Source: Octopus sinensis
Lineage: Eukaryota
Direction: 5' to 3'
DNA length: 64,000 nucleotides
NCBI RefSeq assembly: GCF_006345805.1
Contig: NC_043008.1
Location: forward strand, 25,048,001 to 25,112,000
Made by a program: the position numbers and the translations under genes
Notes under the pieces: model-generated
Told to the model about the DNA's origin: nothing
Seen by the model: the letters and a program-made list of their open reading frames with translations, nothing else
Database searches by the model: none
Part shown: positions 36,799-51,494 of the stretch, in pieces
Layout of the letters: every line of letters begins with the position of its first letter
How positions within the stretch are numbered: position 1 is the first letter of the stretch

Positions 36799-37194
36799 CA
36801 TATGGGTGTGTGTGAGTGTGTGTGTGTGTGGTGAGATAAATTTCTCGAAAATTTATAAGTATATTATTTCTTCTTAAGTTACCAGAGGACTTTCAGTTGA
36901 ATACGTTTCTAATCTTGCACAAGTATTTATGTGTTTGCTTGGCCCTATTCAGTCTTCTGTTGCAGGATGGGATGGGAGTGTTACCATTCCATTAGCGTTT
37001 TCTGTTGAGGCTCAGTCTACTTTCTATTATATGTGTGGTCTCCGTAATCTATCGAAGTGTGGATAGGCTCTATGTGTGGATAGGCTCTTAACTTCTGTAA
37101 TACTACTACTAGTAATAATAGCAATTATTCTGCTCAATACCACAAATTTGCTTGTCATTTGTTTGTCCTTAAACAGTTGAACATATTCCTTGGT

Positions 37195-37575
37195 AGCTGA
37201 AGATATGTGCATCTCTGATCACGAGCAGGAGTAGTGGCGGAGCTTCACAACCATATGTTGAGAGGAATTCTTTGGGGTTTGAATAATTCACCTCTGAAAA
37301 CATGGCATTCCATTAATCATTCTTAAACAAACCTTTTGAGCAGGTTGGGCTGCTCGACCCGAAGAAAATTCTTACTGGGCCCCACCTGCAAGGTCATGCG
37401 CTATTTATCTTAATATAAGATCACCATGTCGCGGACATATGATTGTGATACATGTGCTTCCTGTACCCTTATCAGATAGATAGTCATGATGGGTATATTG
37501 GGCATCGTGCATTTGTACCCCAGTGTCACTTTGATGGCATGCATTGCTCTCTCACCGAATAATAATAATAATAAA
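37195..37575 (+). mobile_element. SINE-like family C, 5'-truncated, (AAT)n tail
   Basis: gatatgtgcatctctgatcacgagcag..gtacccttatcaga..accccagtgtcactttgatggcatgcattgctctctcaccgaataataataataat. Recognised as a common repeat and not verified by a second copy in the window. Confidence 0.65.
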
Positions 37576-38509
37576 AATACTAAAATGAAAATCAAATATG
37601 TAGTGTGTGTGTTTATTGGCAAAATGATTGTCCCCAAATATAATTTTCACAAATAAGTACCTTGCACAAATACGCTATGAAAAGTATGCAGACAATATGA
37701 ACTCGGGATCAATCGGTTCGAAGTGCAACGTTTTGTTCTCAATGCCTTCTCTCCTACAAAAACTGAAACAAGATCATATGTTAACATTTGCAATTATGGA
37801 TATAAATTTTGTTTTTCCTTTCAAGATCTGTTATTAAGCGTTTGTTAATGCTTAATCAATTAATTCTTTCATTTAAAATGTAAAGGAATATAAAATTAAA
37901 AAGAACAGTTAAAAGCAGTAAAAAAAAAACAATAATTTATTGCCAAAAACATAAAGACAAAAGACCATTTAAATGTCTAGTAAAGACACTATGTTCAAAA
38001 TTGCATTGAGAATAATTACTTGAGTCGACGATAATAAAAAAGATTGTTAATTTCTACAGCATATAATTATATTTTTAAATTTCTCTAAATACTGTTTTTT
38101 CTTAGAATGAGGAACTCTACATCTTTCGGTTAGCATGTGTTAGGTGTTCTTTTAATAACTTCCATGATTGATTTATATTAAATGTATGTGTCATTCTTCG
38201 TTTAGATCTAGACAGAAAATATTCCTGGAAATAAATATATTATACATTCATAATTTTTTCAGTACATAATAACATCAATTGTATTAATAGATTCCTTTCC
38301 CCAGTGAACGGAATAAGAAAGACAAATTTTCTGTGAGGGTTAAAAGGGTTTCTATAATTGATTATCAAATTTCACAAATGCTCACACTACTACATACACA
38401 TACGTACATAATACACACATGTATGAATACACACGTATACGCACACACATACAATTATACAAATACACATGCTTGCACACACAGATATATATATAATATA
38501 TAATATACA

Positions 38510-38602
<93 letters not shown>

Positions 38603-38618
38603 GTTTGTGTGTGTGTGC

Positions 38619-38654
<36 letters not shown>

Positions 38655-39261
38655 ATGTGTGTATGTATATGACGTTTGTATAGGTATTGAGCGTCAAAGT
38701 TTTAAGACCAGGATTTTATGTTATTTATGTTTTTCTTAACAATATTAAAAATATGAATTGTGCTTGTCTATAGGGAGAGAGAAAGAGGCGAAGTGACCCT
38801 GTCGATAATGTACTGTAATCCCAGCTTATTTATTATGGGATCATATTTCTTGTCAGTATTACATTGTTTCTTTTTCTTCTTCTCGGTAGACATGTAACCC
38901 TAACATTCTTTCTTTTACAGTTCTTTTTCCAATTAGTGAGAACACGAAGATTGTGCTCTTCTTCAGTTGAATTGTTTTCTTTAAACTGAAATGTATTTTG
39001 TACAATAAATGTTGAAGCTTTTCCAAAGTTCTCATCATATCTCTCTCGCATCTTAATTTTGTGCATCGGCTTTTCCTCATTCTCAGTCCATTCTAAGAAA
39101 CACCTAATCATTTTCGAGTGATATATTTGTGTGAATTGTATTACTACATCTGTCGATATTCAATATCATTTAATATCCATCCAGTGACAAGACAACAGGA
39201 GATCCACATGTCGCGCAGACTACTAGCAATAGCCGCGAAATCCACCTCAGATTACATGCTA

Positions 39262-39558
39262 TCTTATATATAAATTGCAATTTATCTGTCTGACTGTTAC
39301 CAGCTTGCTGCCTACAACGAACCAATCTTCACGGAATTTTGCATATATGTTAAACTAACATTCAGTTCGATTGTAGGCGAATTGGATTTCAGTAAAAATT
39401 GATAATGGGTCGCCTACGGGGGTTGGGCTTTTATATAATAAAATGAGAAGGGTGCAAAAACTGTTAAGTTGAGAGAAATGTGGTAGCATAATGTGGGTGG
39501 CTGATATCAGAGAAAAGGAAGAGATAGGAAGAGACAGAGACAGGGAATGTGTGTGTGT

Positions 39559-39613
<55 letters not shown>

Positions 39614-40743
39614 ACGAAAGACAGGGACAGAGTGGGAGAGAGAGAATGCATTTACTGAAGGGAACAGCGAATTTTAATACTTTGTTCTTCCATTTTTATC
39701 TATCACTTAACGCATACGCTTTAGTGAATTAACTGTCGTATGCTCAGTCAAAACTTTTACAGTATGCCCAACGACAGATTGGAAACTAACGGTAAAATGG
39801 TTTTATATTTGTTTTAAAATCACCGTAATTAAGATTTTTTAAAACTTGACCAATGTTCTGAAATAATGAAAATATAGATAATGTCTTTCATTTTCTTCCT
39901 TAGATGAATAGCCCGTCGTTGTCGGGCAGTTTTTACATTGAACGTCTTATATAAATTTTTTGTTCATTCCATGTCAGACCATGACTTCCCCGATAAATAG
40001 GCCTCTTGACAGGACAGATTCGTGCAATTTTTCGCAAAAAAGTCCTTGAAGATCTTTTTCCTTTTAAAATTATTTATATGTCTCTTCGACCATTTCACAT
40101 AAATTTATTCACTAAAACTAATTAAAACTTCAGAAGTTTTTACAACTTTGGTCGTCGTAATACTTTGCTTTCATTTGTTTAATAGAAATTCCTCCTCCTA
40201 ATGATTTTGCTTTAATTTTGTGATAGACAGTTACCATGCAGAAATTGCCAGCTTCCAAATCTTGTTTTCTAATCCGGTAAAATTGATTAAACTTTAAACC
40301 CTTGTAACATTTTACCGCATTTTTTCTGGAAGAAATAAATAGAAAAATCGGTTTTAACGTGGAAAATTATTTCAATATGCCAAATTTGAAAATGTTGACG
40401 TAAGTTTAAAATTTCACAATGACCCACAGAATTGATAATAATCAACCATCAATCAGTTGTTTCATAGTCGCACATCGTCAATCCTCTCATAATTCTAACC
40501 ATCCACCAATTCAATTTTGATATTACCTTACCACTACAATCAATCAACTTTATGATTCAACTGTATTACTTGCCAGTATTTGTAAATTTATCCCACGTCA
40601 TCGTGTATTTGTAAATCCATTTGTAATTTAAACGGGAACTGAGCAGGGAGCGGGATAGGACATTAAACATTATAATGGGAACGAGAACTGGAAATAGCTC
40701 CCCCCCCCGTCACTTTCCGGGTATTACCGGGTAATTCAGCTAG
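39262..40743 (+). mobile_element. Non-autonomous Helitron-like element (composite)
   Basis: A|TCttatatataaattgc at 39262. 3' hairpin ccgggtattaccggg then taattcagCTAG|T at 40740-40744. A second, minus-strand Helitron-like 3' hairpin (gcccgtcgttgtcgggc) lies inside at ~39911-39927. Confidence 0.6.
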
Positions 40744-40897
40744 TATTCTTATAAAGGGATTCTATCGCAGTATGACTTCTTTATGTCCATTAAGAGGCAA
40801 AATATCATCATTATCTTTTCAGCTATGACTCTCCTACTCTTTCGTAAAAGCCTTCTTTTCTCTCTACACGCACGCATACACACACACACACACTCAC

Positions 40898-40994
<97 letters not shown>

Positions 40995-41049
40995 GATATA
41001 TGTGTATGTATGCATGTATATATGTATAACGGATACAACAGTATATGCC

Positions 41050-42235
41050 TTAGAGATAACTAATTACAGAAGTATCAAATTGCTGGACCAGGTCATGAAT
41101 GTTACAGAATTAATTAGGAAGAGAGTTAGCTAGATGAGATGCAGTTTGGTTTGTGCCAGATAGAAGTACTGATGATGCTCTCTTACTAGTAAGGCAAGAA
41201 TAAAAGTTTTTAATCAAAGGTATACCACTGTACTGGATTTGTCGATCTGGAGAAAGCCTTCACTGGGTTTTTTGTTCCCCTATCAAGTAGTTGCTGGGGA
41301 AACTATTTGTAGATGAATGGTAGGGATACAGCCAGTAATGTTTGAGTTACTAACTAATACAGTAATGAATTTAGTGTACAGACAAGTGTTCACCAGAGCC
41401 TGGGTGTCAGTATCCTATTTATCTTAGTTCTCCAGACTATAACAGAAGAGTTTAAGACTTGTTGCTTGTTAGATCTCCTCTATGAAAATGACTTAGTTCT
41501 TATAACTACAACTATAGTAGAAACAAAATCGAAAATCCGGGTGTGGAAGTAAGACTTGGAATCAAACGGCCTTAAAGTTAACTTTGTAAAGACCAAAGTT
41601 CCAATAGGCAGAAAAACTGACTGGATGCCAATACCTTTGGGAAAATTGCCTTGCTTGGTATGCAGGAAATGCATTACTAGAAGTTTCATAAGTGTAATTA
41701 GTGCAATATGTGGATACATTGAAAGTGCAGTCGAATCATAGGAAGGTTGACAGAGTAAGTAGATTTCATTTGTGGCAGATGCATGGGAGTAATAAACAAT
41801 ATGATCATATGAGAAACAGATTTTCTCGAATGCCAAGGAGGAGTGTTGGAGGCGGTAGATAATTTCTGTTATCTAGGTGAACTAACTAACATTGGAAAAG
41901 AATATTCTGAAAGTATAGCTAGTAGAATAAGAACCGGCTTTTGAAAGTTCGGAGAGCTATCACCTCTGTTAGTAAGAAAATGCTTCTCTTTACCAGAATG
42001 AAAGACAAAGTGTATGATGCTTGGTCACAAACACCATTGCTGCATTGTAGTGAAACCTAGGCCATAAATGCAAAATATATGCAAAGATTAGAAAGGAATG
42101 AAGCTAGCATAATCTGGATGTAAATCCCAATGTTTATGTACAACAATGGGAAATTGCATCAAGAGAAACGTCCAGCGTAAGAGGCCTCAGCTATAGAGAT
42201 GCAAGAGAGAAGACTGTGCTAGTATGGACATGTGA
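41050..42235 (+). mobile_element. Decayed RTE-clade LINE (RT domain and downstream)
   Basis: Interrupted motifs FVDLEKAF, VHQSLGVSILFI, LLYENDLVL (YADD-like), GLKVNFVKTKV, GKLPCLVCRK, FICGRC, DNFCYLG, RLERNEASI. Strongly CpG-depleted. Confidence 0.85.
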
Positions 42236-43190
42236 TCTAATTTTCGTTTCAAGACACTGAATAATTTGCATTATTTTTGATACCATACATGGTATCAAAT
42301 AAATGTTATATAAGGGTTTTGGTACCAGATTATTTCAAGAAACAATTTCTAGTAAGCAAGTGCATTTTTCCAACAGCTAAATGAAGAAGGGTATGCACTT
42401 CTCAGAATCTCAATAAAATATCTATATCAGGTTATGAATATATAAACTGAGAGTTAAAAGTCCGATACAATAAACTTCCAGCCATGTCACTACAATATAT
42501 TAAAAACTACTTAAATGCATGCATTTATAAGATTTAAACACAATTTATATGTTAATTCACAGCAGACAATATACACAATAATCTGAAATGGCATGGCTAG
42601 AAGTTGCATTATTATTGTTTAGGCTCAAGTTAACCCTGATCAAGCAGAATTATAATGATAATGAAACACCTCAAGTGATTCTGTCTCTGGCTAGAACTAT
42701 TTACTTACCCAATGTTAACAGATTAGAATCATATCAGAACTCATATTGTCTTTGTGGCTATAATAGTCTTTTTATTGTATGGACCCTGTTATTTCCATAA
42801 TTACAAAGTAAAATTTTTGTTTGCACAATTCTTTTTCTCAGTCACATTATATATAATGCATATTCTCATTCAAGATATTCTGTAAAAACAACAAATTATA
42901 TGGAACATGTAATTTAGATGAATATATGAATAAAAGCAATGAAATAACTAAAATGAATTAAAAAAAAAGAAAATGTGCTTTGGAAGAAGTGTTATGCAAG
43001 TAGCAAAGACTTTTGTAGTAGAGCTAGAAAAAGCAAAATAAGATGGCACATCTTTGAATTTCAGTTTAAAATGAATCATAGTCTATCAGCAAGTTGGCTT
43101 CTATTTTGATGTAGTCAATAATTATGTGTGAGAGTTTGACACAATCTATGAGGATTGTGCTGTAGAAGAATCATACTAGTATGTCCCAAT

Positions 43191-43241
43191 TCAGTTTTGT
43201 TCAGAATCAGTTATTATCCTAGCTGGAAGTATTTTCTTGTC
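43191..43241 (-). CDS. Candidate terminal coding exon of an uncharacterised minus-strand gene
   Basis: Branch-like gctaac plus cttttaatattcag acceptor; reads DKKILPARIITDSEQN-stop. Confidence 0.45.
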   Translation of the reverse strand, partial: DKKILPARIITDSEQN

Positions 43242-43400
43242 CTGAATATTAAAAGGTTAGCACATTTAAGCAGGTCTGATATGTTATGCATGTTAGTTTT
43301 CTAAGAGAGATCTTCAGTGATTGTGAAGCCAAGTTCTAACAGAGAATTTAAGTAATGAGTAATAGCTTCGATGGATAACTGAAATCAGTTTTGTACTCAC

Positions 43401-43447
43401 TTTAACAAGAGCTGCCAGACAATCCTTTTTTGTACATATTTCCTGTG
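43401..43447 (-). CDS. Candidate exon (47 nt) of the same gene
   Basis: tttttcttaatcatag|CACAGG..GTTAAA|gtgagt; reads (S)QEICTKKDCLAALVK. Confidence 0.5.
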
Positions 43448-44310
43448 CTATGATTAAGAAAAACAAACTAAGGAGCTCAAGTAATGATATCTACTCTTTG
43501 GGGAGTCAAAGACATTTTTTATAATTTTCTTTTAGATTTTTTTCCTATTTTCTATTTTTCATATATTTCTGGTATAAAGAAAAAAAGGTAAGAATTACAA
43601 TTACTTAACCCTATGTGATAATTCTTAACAATGACAACTCTTTGTAACAAAGATAGTGACTACTGTGACCTTAGCTTTTTTTTCCTTTTTCCTAATTATA
43701 TTTCTGTACTTGAAACACTCATCAAGAACAAAAAGGTTATTAGGTTAAATATATCCTAATCCTAGCATCACCTAGCACTTCACAGTAGTTTTATGGCATT
43801 TTTAATTTATTATTCCAGCACACATACTGGCAAATGTTAGATAAATGAATTGGCTTAATAGCAGCAGGAGTTAAAAGACACAAATAAGATACTTTATCTT
43901 GATGAACATTGTTAATTTAGTATGATTAATTATCTATTACAATGTGGTGGTGGGGGGGGGTCATTTTTACTTGACTTATTTATTTTTGGCAGAAGAAAAA
44001 AGACATTATTATTTTTCTCTTTGTTAGATTCTGATTACTGATGTCTTTTAAATACCTTTATTGTTTTACTGTTTGTTGTTTTTACATAGGAAAGTTAGTG
44101 TAATTTAATAGCCATTTTTTATGGATATTGAATGTACAAAAATACTTCACACCATCGAACAAATGAAGCTATATAAATTAGTTTTTATCATTTAAATCAT
44201 TAAGAGAAACATTACATTACATTTGCATTGATGGTTTCTTCTTAAGTAAATATTTGGTGTAAGGTTACTTTTTACAGTAGTTTTCTGACATCTCTACCTA
44301 TGTGGTGTAT

Positions 44311-44348
<38 letters not shown>

Positions 44349-45747
44349 GCATACACACACACATATACACATGTATATATGCACACACACAACACAAAAA
44401 CATACACACACATATATATATATACACATGTATGTATGCACACATAGATACATGCTTACACACACATATATATGTACATATAAATTTTTTATACATATAT
44501 ATGCATGTATATATTATGTGTTTATATATATACACATATATATATATGTATGTATACACATATATGTACACACATAATTATATATATATGTACATAATTA
44601 TATATATATATGTGTGTAATTGTGATATTGGTGAAAGAAAAAATTAATGTATGAATTTGTATTAATTTGAAGAGCAATCTATCAGACAAGGAAACAATAA
44701 ATAACATTGAAATGTCTTGTTTTATTTTTTGAAAGCCAAACTAATTCTCTCCATTATACTGACATATTGCTGACCCATGAAGAAAGAAATAGATGTTGGT
44801 GCCATCCTTAATTATCTCTCACATCGAAAGATACCTTTCCAATCTGATTTTGATGACATATTTTCCCCCTTAATGTTTGCCATTCTTTGTGTATCTCATC
44901 AAAGTTTTATTAATTGCTTTTATTGGAGAAAAGAATTATCTAATCAGTATACAAGCCATTTGTCTCATTATTGCACTATCTAATAAGCAAATGCGTGTTG
45001 TTGTTTCAAACCTTACTCTATCCTATTTTGTATAGCTAACCTCTGATGTTTATCACAGAAATACAATCTTTACACTTTTGATGCATCAATAAAATTCTGG
45101 TGATACATTTGAAATTATCACACTTGAAGCTAAATTCGCTGTAAAGAAATAAAGTCAGTATTTGTAAATGAGCATATTTTCGATATGCAATATATGTATG
45201 TATTAGTATACATATATATGCATGCATGCACGCGCGCACACACACACACACATTTACATATTTATGCATGCAAACATAAGCTATTATGTGTGTATGCTAC
45301 TGTAACTGGGGATTAAATGTTAGCTTTTATAAGGATGGTTTGACTTTAGATATGTCTGTATAGGTGTGTTGATAATTTTTTTTGAAAACCAAATTTAAAG
45401 AGGTGCATATCATATTAGAAAGTTGTTGTGAATGTACATGCACGAATGAATGTTTTGCATTATCAAGTCACTTAATTACTAAATTTTAGAGTCAAGATAA
45501 ATAATTGAGAATGAGATTTGCTTTGATTCTAAAGACAGAATTTAAATGACATCTTTAAAAGTCTGTTAAATTGTGAGTCTTTCAGAAGACAAATACTTTC
45601 ATTCCAAAGTTAGTTATGATTAGATAAGTGGGGAAATTTTTACACATTATGCATAGTAGTATATACAAATAGTAATACATAGTAATATATACAAATGCAT
45701 GTAAAATAAATGTCTGCCTGTCTGTCTGTCTCTCTCCATATTATATC

Positions 45748-45790
<43 letters not shown>

Positions 45791-45792
45791 TG

Positions 45793-46090
45793 AGAGAGAA
45801 TTCATCCTTAGTCGAAACACACCAGTTGTTATGTCCTGTTACTTGCATTTGTGTAACATTTCTCTGTTTTTTTCGTCCTTGTTTTCATATACATTCACAG
45901 CTTTCTTCCAAGGAATCTAATGCTCTTAGCTTAGCTTTTCCTTGGGGCTGGCCAGATTCAAGCAATTTCGAGTATGACCAGCCGAAATTGCAAAGATAAT
46001 CTGGAACTCGACTGAGGATAGAAAACTCCGAATGACCCGTCCTTGTTTTCTTTGTATCGTCTGTCTGGATGCTTTGTGTTCTTGGCCCGT
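45793..46090. mobile_element. Short Penelope-like terminal element between microsatellites
   Basis: Inverted motif gagaattcatccttagtcga / tcgactgaggatagaaaactc and hairpin gcaatttcg..cgaaattgc. Retains CpGs inside a CpG-poor domain. Confidence 0.45.
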
Positions 46091-46701
46091 TTTTGTATTT
46101 TATATATATATATATATATATAAGGATAAATTAAATATATTAATATAATAAATATAAATTAATGTATTGATATTACTATAAATATAGTATATAGCATTAT
46201 ATAAATTTATATACACACATATTATTATTGCATGTTTTGATGACAAGACTATCTTGGACATAAAAGGGTTTCAATCGGTAAGTGTTTGAAATATAATGAA
46301 GTGGTTGTGGATTGAACATGATTGTATCACCCATTAAAATGTTTCTGTTGTTTTTTAATAGTAATTGATGTAAGATTGAATAATTAACGCTCACGCTCAT
46401 AACAGACATTTGGATTAATTTGTTACAATCCAGCCATCCTTTCCAGACGGGATTTCATCTTCCTGAACCCTGCAGTGGCTTATATATAATTGAACTGTGA
46501 TTATGTATATCAGAAAACATATATATAAGCCAGAACAATTTGTTGGCCTTTTACGGTTTTTTAATTATTTATATAATATTATGTTATGTTATATATCATA
46601 TTCATAGTATTTAATGTAATATTGTAATATAAATAAATTATTGAATGTGAATAGAATAAGTACCAGTGAATTGGATGTTTAACATACTCCTTTGAAGAAT
46701 T

Positions 46702-47091
46702 TATTTTCTTGTTTCAGTCATTAGACTATGGTCATGCTGGGGCACCACCTGGAAGAATTTTTAGTCTAATGTGTCAACCCCTACTACTTATTTTTTTAAA
46801 ATTCAGTACTTATTCTATTGGTCTATTTTTGCAAACGGCTAAGTTACGGGGATGTAAACACACCAGCACCAGTTGTCAAGTGATGATGGGGTAGACAAAT
46901 ACAGACACAAAGACACATACACGCACATATATACAATGAGCTTCTTTCAGTTTCCATCTTGCAAATCCACTCACAAGACTTTAGTTGGCTAGAGGCTATA
47001 GTATAGAAGACACTTGCCCAAGGTGCTACTATGTGGGACTGAACCACGAGCCATGTGGTTGGGAAGCAAGTTTCTTACCACAGCCATGCCT
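46702..47091 (-). mobile_element. SINE family A, full length, CpG-decayed
   Basis: gaagacacttgcccaaggtgc..ccatgtggttgggaagcaag..cagccatgcc; 3' ggtcatgctggggcaccacc. Confidence 0.85.
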
Positions 47092-48869
47092 CTTATACAC
47101 ACACACCCATTTATACATATATACTATCACATTTATAGTTACAAAAGCACACTTATTCTCAAACATATGTAAAATGCAAAGACTTAAGCTTGAGGTGTTT
47201 AGAGTGTAGGAGGAAGATGCTTAGCGTGAAGCAGACAGTGATATCATCTGTGTGTGTGTGTGTGTGTGCATGTGTTTGTGTGCACGCGTGCTCTTTGTTG
47301 ATGATATCAAACACATTGTTAAGGTACATAAGAAATTATTGGGGACATATTTGACCCTGAATATGAATCCAAGAATGTCATAAGATACAGCTGAATGTTC
47401 AAAATCCAGAAGATGAGAAATAATTGATGCCCTTACAAGCTGATCAACTATGAAGTTCGTATATCAGGTATGGTAGGTATGGTCAAATTCCTGAGCTGTA
47501 CTCAATGTGTATTAAGCTAGCTTTGGTCTGTGGGGATGGGCAATCTTCACCAGTAACAAACAAGTAAATAAATGAGGTTTTATAAGCATTCATGTTGTAC
47601 AAGTGCATTGGTACATTACAAAAAATAGAAGTAGAGTATTTTCAATTACATCTCTTTGCAATGTATCAAAATAATCATTAAATGCCAATCTATGTGAAAC
47701 TACAAACGTTCTGTTTTGTCTTCAATAAATCAGCAGATATGAAAATATTTCAATGAATATATGCTAAAAGATGAAAAAAAGAAAAATAACAAGAAAAAAA
47801 TATGAAATTGTTTTCAAATAATCTTTTGGTGTGTGAAAGGATGAAAAAAATTATGGAAATTATTTTGCTTTATTTTGATGATATTGAGTGATACCTTTGA
47901 TTCAAAGAACCAGCAATAGGTATACAAAAATAATTTATTACAAGTGAAAAGTCAATGGGTGATCTCCTCCTACAATACAACATATAGCCTGATTCTATAG
48001 ACATGGCACAAAGGTTGTAGTGCTGTCATCCATCAGAGTAACAAGCAGATGAATTTTATTGTTGAAACAATCTTTTCTGTCAAATGTCACCTTCTCTCTC
48101 CCCCCACCTTTCTAAAATGTATGCATGTATATCCTCTGTCATACACATATACAAACATACAGACATGCATGCACATACAAACACACAATCTATTTACTTG
48201 CCATTCTATCACACTTCTGAAAAAAATAGATATTTCAAAATGAATTTTAACAATATAAAACACAAGAAGTGATGTTCGAAACAGTAAAGAATTCAGAATT
48301 CCTCTTGTTATATTTCATAGATTAGAAAGCAAAACTGCATTTGCAAATTCAAACTAATACCACATAAAATATAAGACATTGTAAAATTAGAAAAAGAACA
48401 GTTCTAAATAAAGAACTAAAAAAAACCCAAATGAAATACGTTTTATAACTCAAGTGTTGTCTACTGTGAATGGAATCTCTGAAATTGCAAACAGTTAACA
48501 TTCTCTATACTGCAACTGGAATGTAAAGAGTTATTTTGAAATGGGTTGACTTTGATCTCCTTTTCATGGCAAAATTGCAGCAATACAGAATTTTGCTATA
48601 GTGATTTTTCATTCAAACTTCTGCTGATCCTGTGACAGATGAAGCATCCCTTTAGGTAGGTTTTTTTCCTTTTTTATTCTGAAGAGATATTATGAGGTGA
48701 ATGGGGAGGAATTAGTAGTTTTAGACAACATGATGACATTATAGATTTTCGTAGAGAAGCTGCATTGTGGGTTCAGAACTGAAGTGAATATATATGTGTG
48801 TGTGTGTTTGCGTGCTAGTGTTTGTATGTATGTGTGTGTGTGTATATATGTGTATTTTCTTTTTCTTTT

Positions 48870-49420
48870 ATTCTTTTCTTTGTTTCAGTCATTTGACTGG
48901 GGCCATGCTGGAGCACCACCTTTAGTCGAGCAAATAGACCCCAGGATTTATCCTTTATAAGCCTAGTACTTATTCCATCAGTCTCTCTTTCCAAACCACT
49001 GGTAAACATACCAGCATCAGTTGTGAAGCGAAGTTAGGGAAGAACACAGACACACAAACATATATATATATATATACACTTATATATTTCTTTCAGTTTC
49101 CATCTATGTGTGCATGTCATTTTAAGAGGGTATTTACATTATTAGTTTCTTTTGTTGAACCACTAAGTTACAGTGATGTAAATACACCAACAACAGCTGT
49201 CAAGAATTGGTGAAGGATAAACACAGACACAAACACACATATTCATATATACATATATATATATATACAACAGGGTTCTTTCAGTTTTTATCTACCAAAT
49301 CCATTCACAAGGTTTTGATCAGTCCTTGGCTAAAGTAGAGGATACATGCACAAGATTCCACACAATGGGACAAAATGCAGAGCCATGTGGTTGGAAGCAA
49401 ACCGCTTACCACACAGCCAC
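48870..49420 (-). mobile_element. Two tandem SINE family A pieces, CpG-decayed
   Basis: 3' part 48870-49105 followed by a second copy ~49145-49420 ending ccatgtggttggaagcaaa..ccacacagccac. Confidence 0.75.
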
Positions 49421-50889
49421 AACATACATACATACATATATATATATACACATACATACATGCATAGTATATATATATTTATACACACACCTATGTATAT
49501 ACATAGTATATATATATATATATATATATGTTTCTGTGTGTATGTGTATGAGTGTATGTCTGTATATATACATATGTGAATATGTGCACAGGTACATGAG
49601 TGGGCATATGCGTATATATGTGTGTTTATGTAGGTGCATGTGTGTGTGTGTGTATATATATATATATACTTATATATATATACATGTGTGTATGTACATA
49701 CATATATGTAGAGATATCTATACATTTTTATATATGTGTGTACATCTGCATGCATACATATGTGTATGTCTGAACAAGCATATGCATATACCTGTGTGTG
49801 TGTGTGTGTTTAAGCATGTATAGATGTATATGTGCATATATGTATATCTATGATTAATTGTACGTATACATGCACACACGCATGTCTGTGTGTGAAATTA
49901 TATTAATATGCACATCTAGACATCAAAAGTTTACAAAACTGTTAAGAATAAATATACTTCCTTTGAAACGCTATGGTGTAGACACACTAATTCATAATTT
50001 CATTAACCAATGGGCATTAATTGACCAATATGGTTCTATATTAATTTCTTTTTTAAGGGTGATGGGTAAGAAGAGTACATATATATGCATATTCGTATGT
50101 ATATGCATACATGTGTGAGTGTGCACATGTATTTATGCATGTATGTATATGTATAAGTATAAACATGTATGCATGAATATGTGTGTATGCATGGATGTAT
50201 GTATACATGAGGGTATATGCATGTATCTTTGTGTATATATATGGGTGTACAGATATGTATATATATATATTTGTATATGAGTGTGTTTGTGTGTGTGTGT
50301 GTGTGTACATGCACATATAAGTTTTTTATATTTTTATTCATACTTTATAAATGAATATTCCATTCTTTTAGTAACTATAAACTAACCTTATTGATATATA
50401 ACTTGCATCTGTCATCTCTATTTAGTTTATTTATTGTTCTAATTTTCTTTACCCATTCTACTTTATCTCTAATCAACCTCTAAACTCCCCACCTGAGCAT
50501 ATAACAATACAAATCATAAATCATTACATTCAGTCTGTTAAAATGAATTCATAAGCACACATATAACATCAAAACGTACCTCATTTTCCCTCTGATGATA
50601 TTATGCTCATGTCACATAAGTGAAAATTTAATGTTTATTATTAATGGAAATAGCTGTAAGTGAAGATGACCAATTTGCTGTTAATAATAAACAATTATTA
50701 ACTTCCTAATCTCCATTTTCTTTTCTTCTTTAAAACAAATATAAACTATATGTTTTTATATACACCTATTATTTTAAGGAAATTCACTCCCCCAAAATAC
50801 TAGGTATTGAACCAGTATTTCCTTGGATGAAACCATCCCTTCATGAGGTTTACACATCCTCTAAATAAATTTATATATATATATATGAG

Positions 50890-51235
50890 AACTTGGGTAA
50901 TTGTCTTCTACTCTGGCCTCAGGCTGACCAAAGCCTTGTGAGTGGATTTGGTAGATGGAAACTGAAAGAAGCCCGTCATATATATGTATTTATTTACGTT
51001 ATGTGTCTTTGTGTCCATGTTTGTACCTGCACCATTGCTTGACAACCCGCACCATCGCTTGATGGTGTGCTTACATCTTCGTGGCCTTGCAGTTTAACCA
51101 AAGAGGCTGATAGAATAAGTACTAGTCTTACAAAGAATAGGTCCTGGGGTTGATTTCTTTCACTAAGACCCTTTAAAGCAGTGCTCCAGCATAGGAATAG
51201 TCAAATGACTGAAAAAAGTAAAAGAATAAAAGAAC
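50890..51235 (+). mobile_element. SINE family A, 5'-truncated, CpG-decayed
   Basis: cttggg..tcttctactctggcctcaggctgaccaaagccttgtgagtggatttggtagatggaaactgaaag..gcagtgctccagcat. Confidence 0.85.
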
Positions 51236-51463
51236 ACATACACACATAGGTGCGTGTGCGCGCACACACACACACATATATAGTTCAAATTTACAGAAAA
51301 CAAATGACTAAGACAGGTGGTGGAACATCAATCAAGTGTATTATATATACACCTATACACACACACATATATATCTACACACACACCTATATATACATAT
51401 ATACACACCTACACACACACACACATCATCATCATCATCATCATCGTTTAGTGTCCGCTTTAC

Positions 51464-51494
<31 letters not shown>

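Noticed and set aside
38833-39111. 92-aa minus ORF with an acceptor-like gtgtttcttag
   Set aside because: Two overlapping open frames of similar quality, no homology recognised and no linked exon.
44132-44160. Possible 23-nt minus exon (LHLFDGV)
   Set aside because: Weak donor (gtattt), and it does not fit the phase of the better-supported exon chain.
45995-46040. Hammerhead-like CTGAGGA..GAAT motif
   Set aside because: No stem II, GAAA is broken and stem I does not pair.
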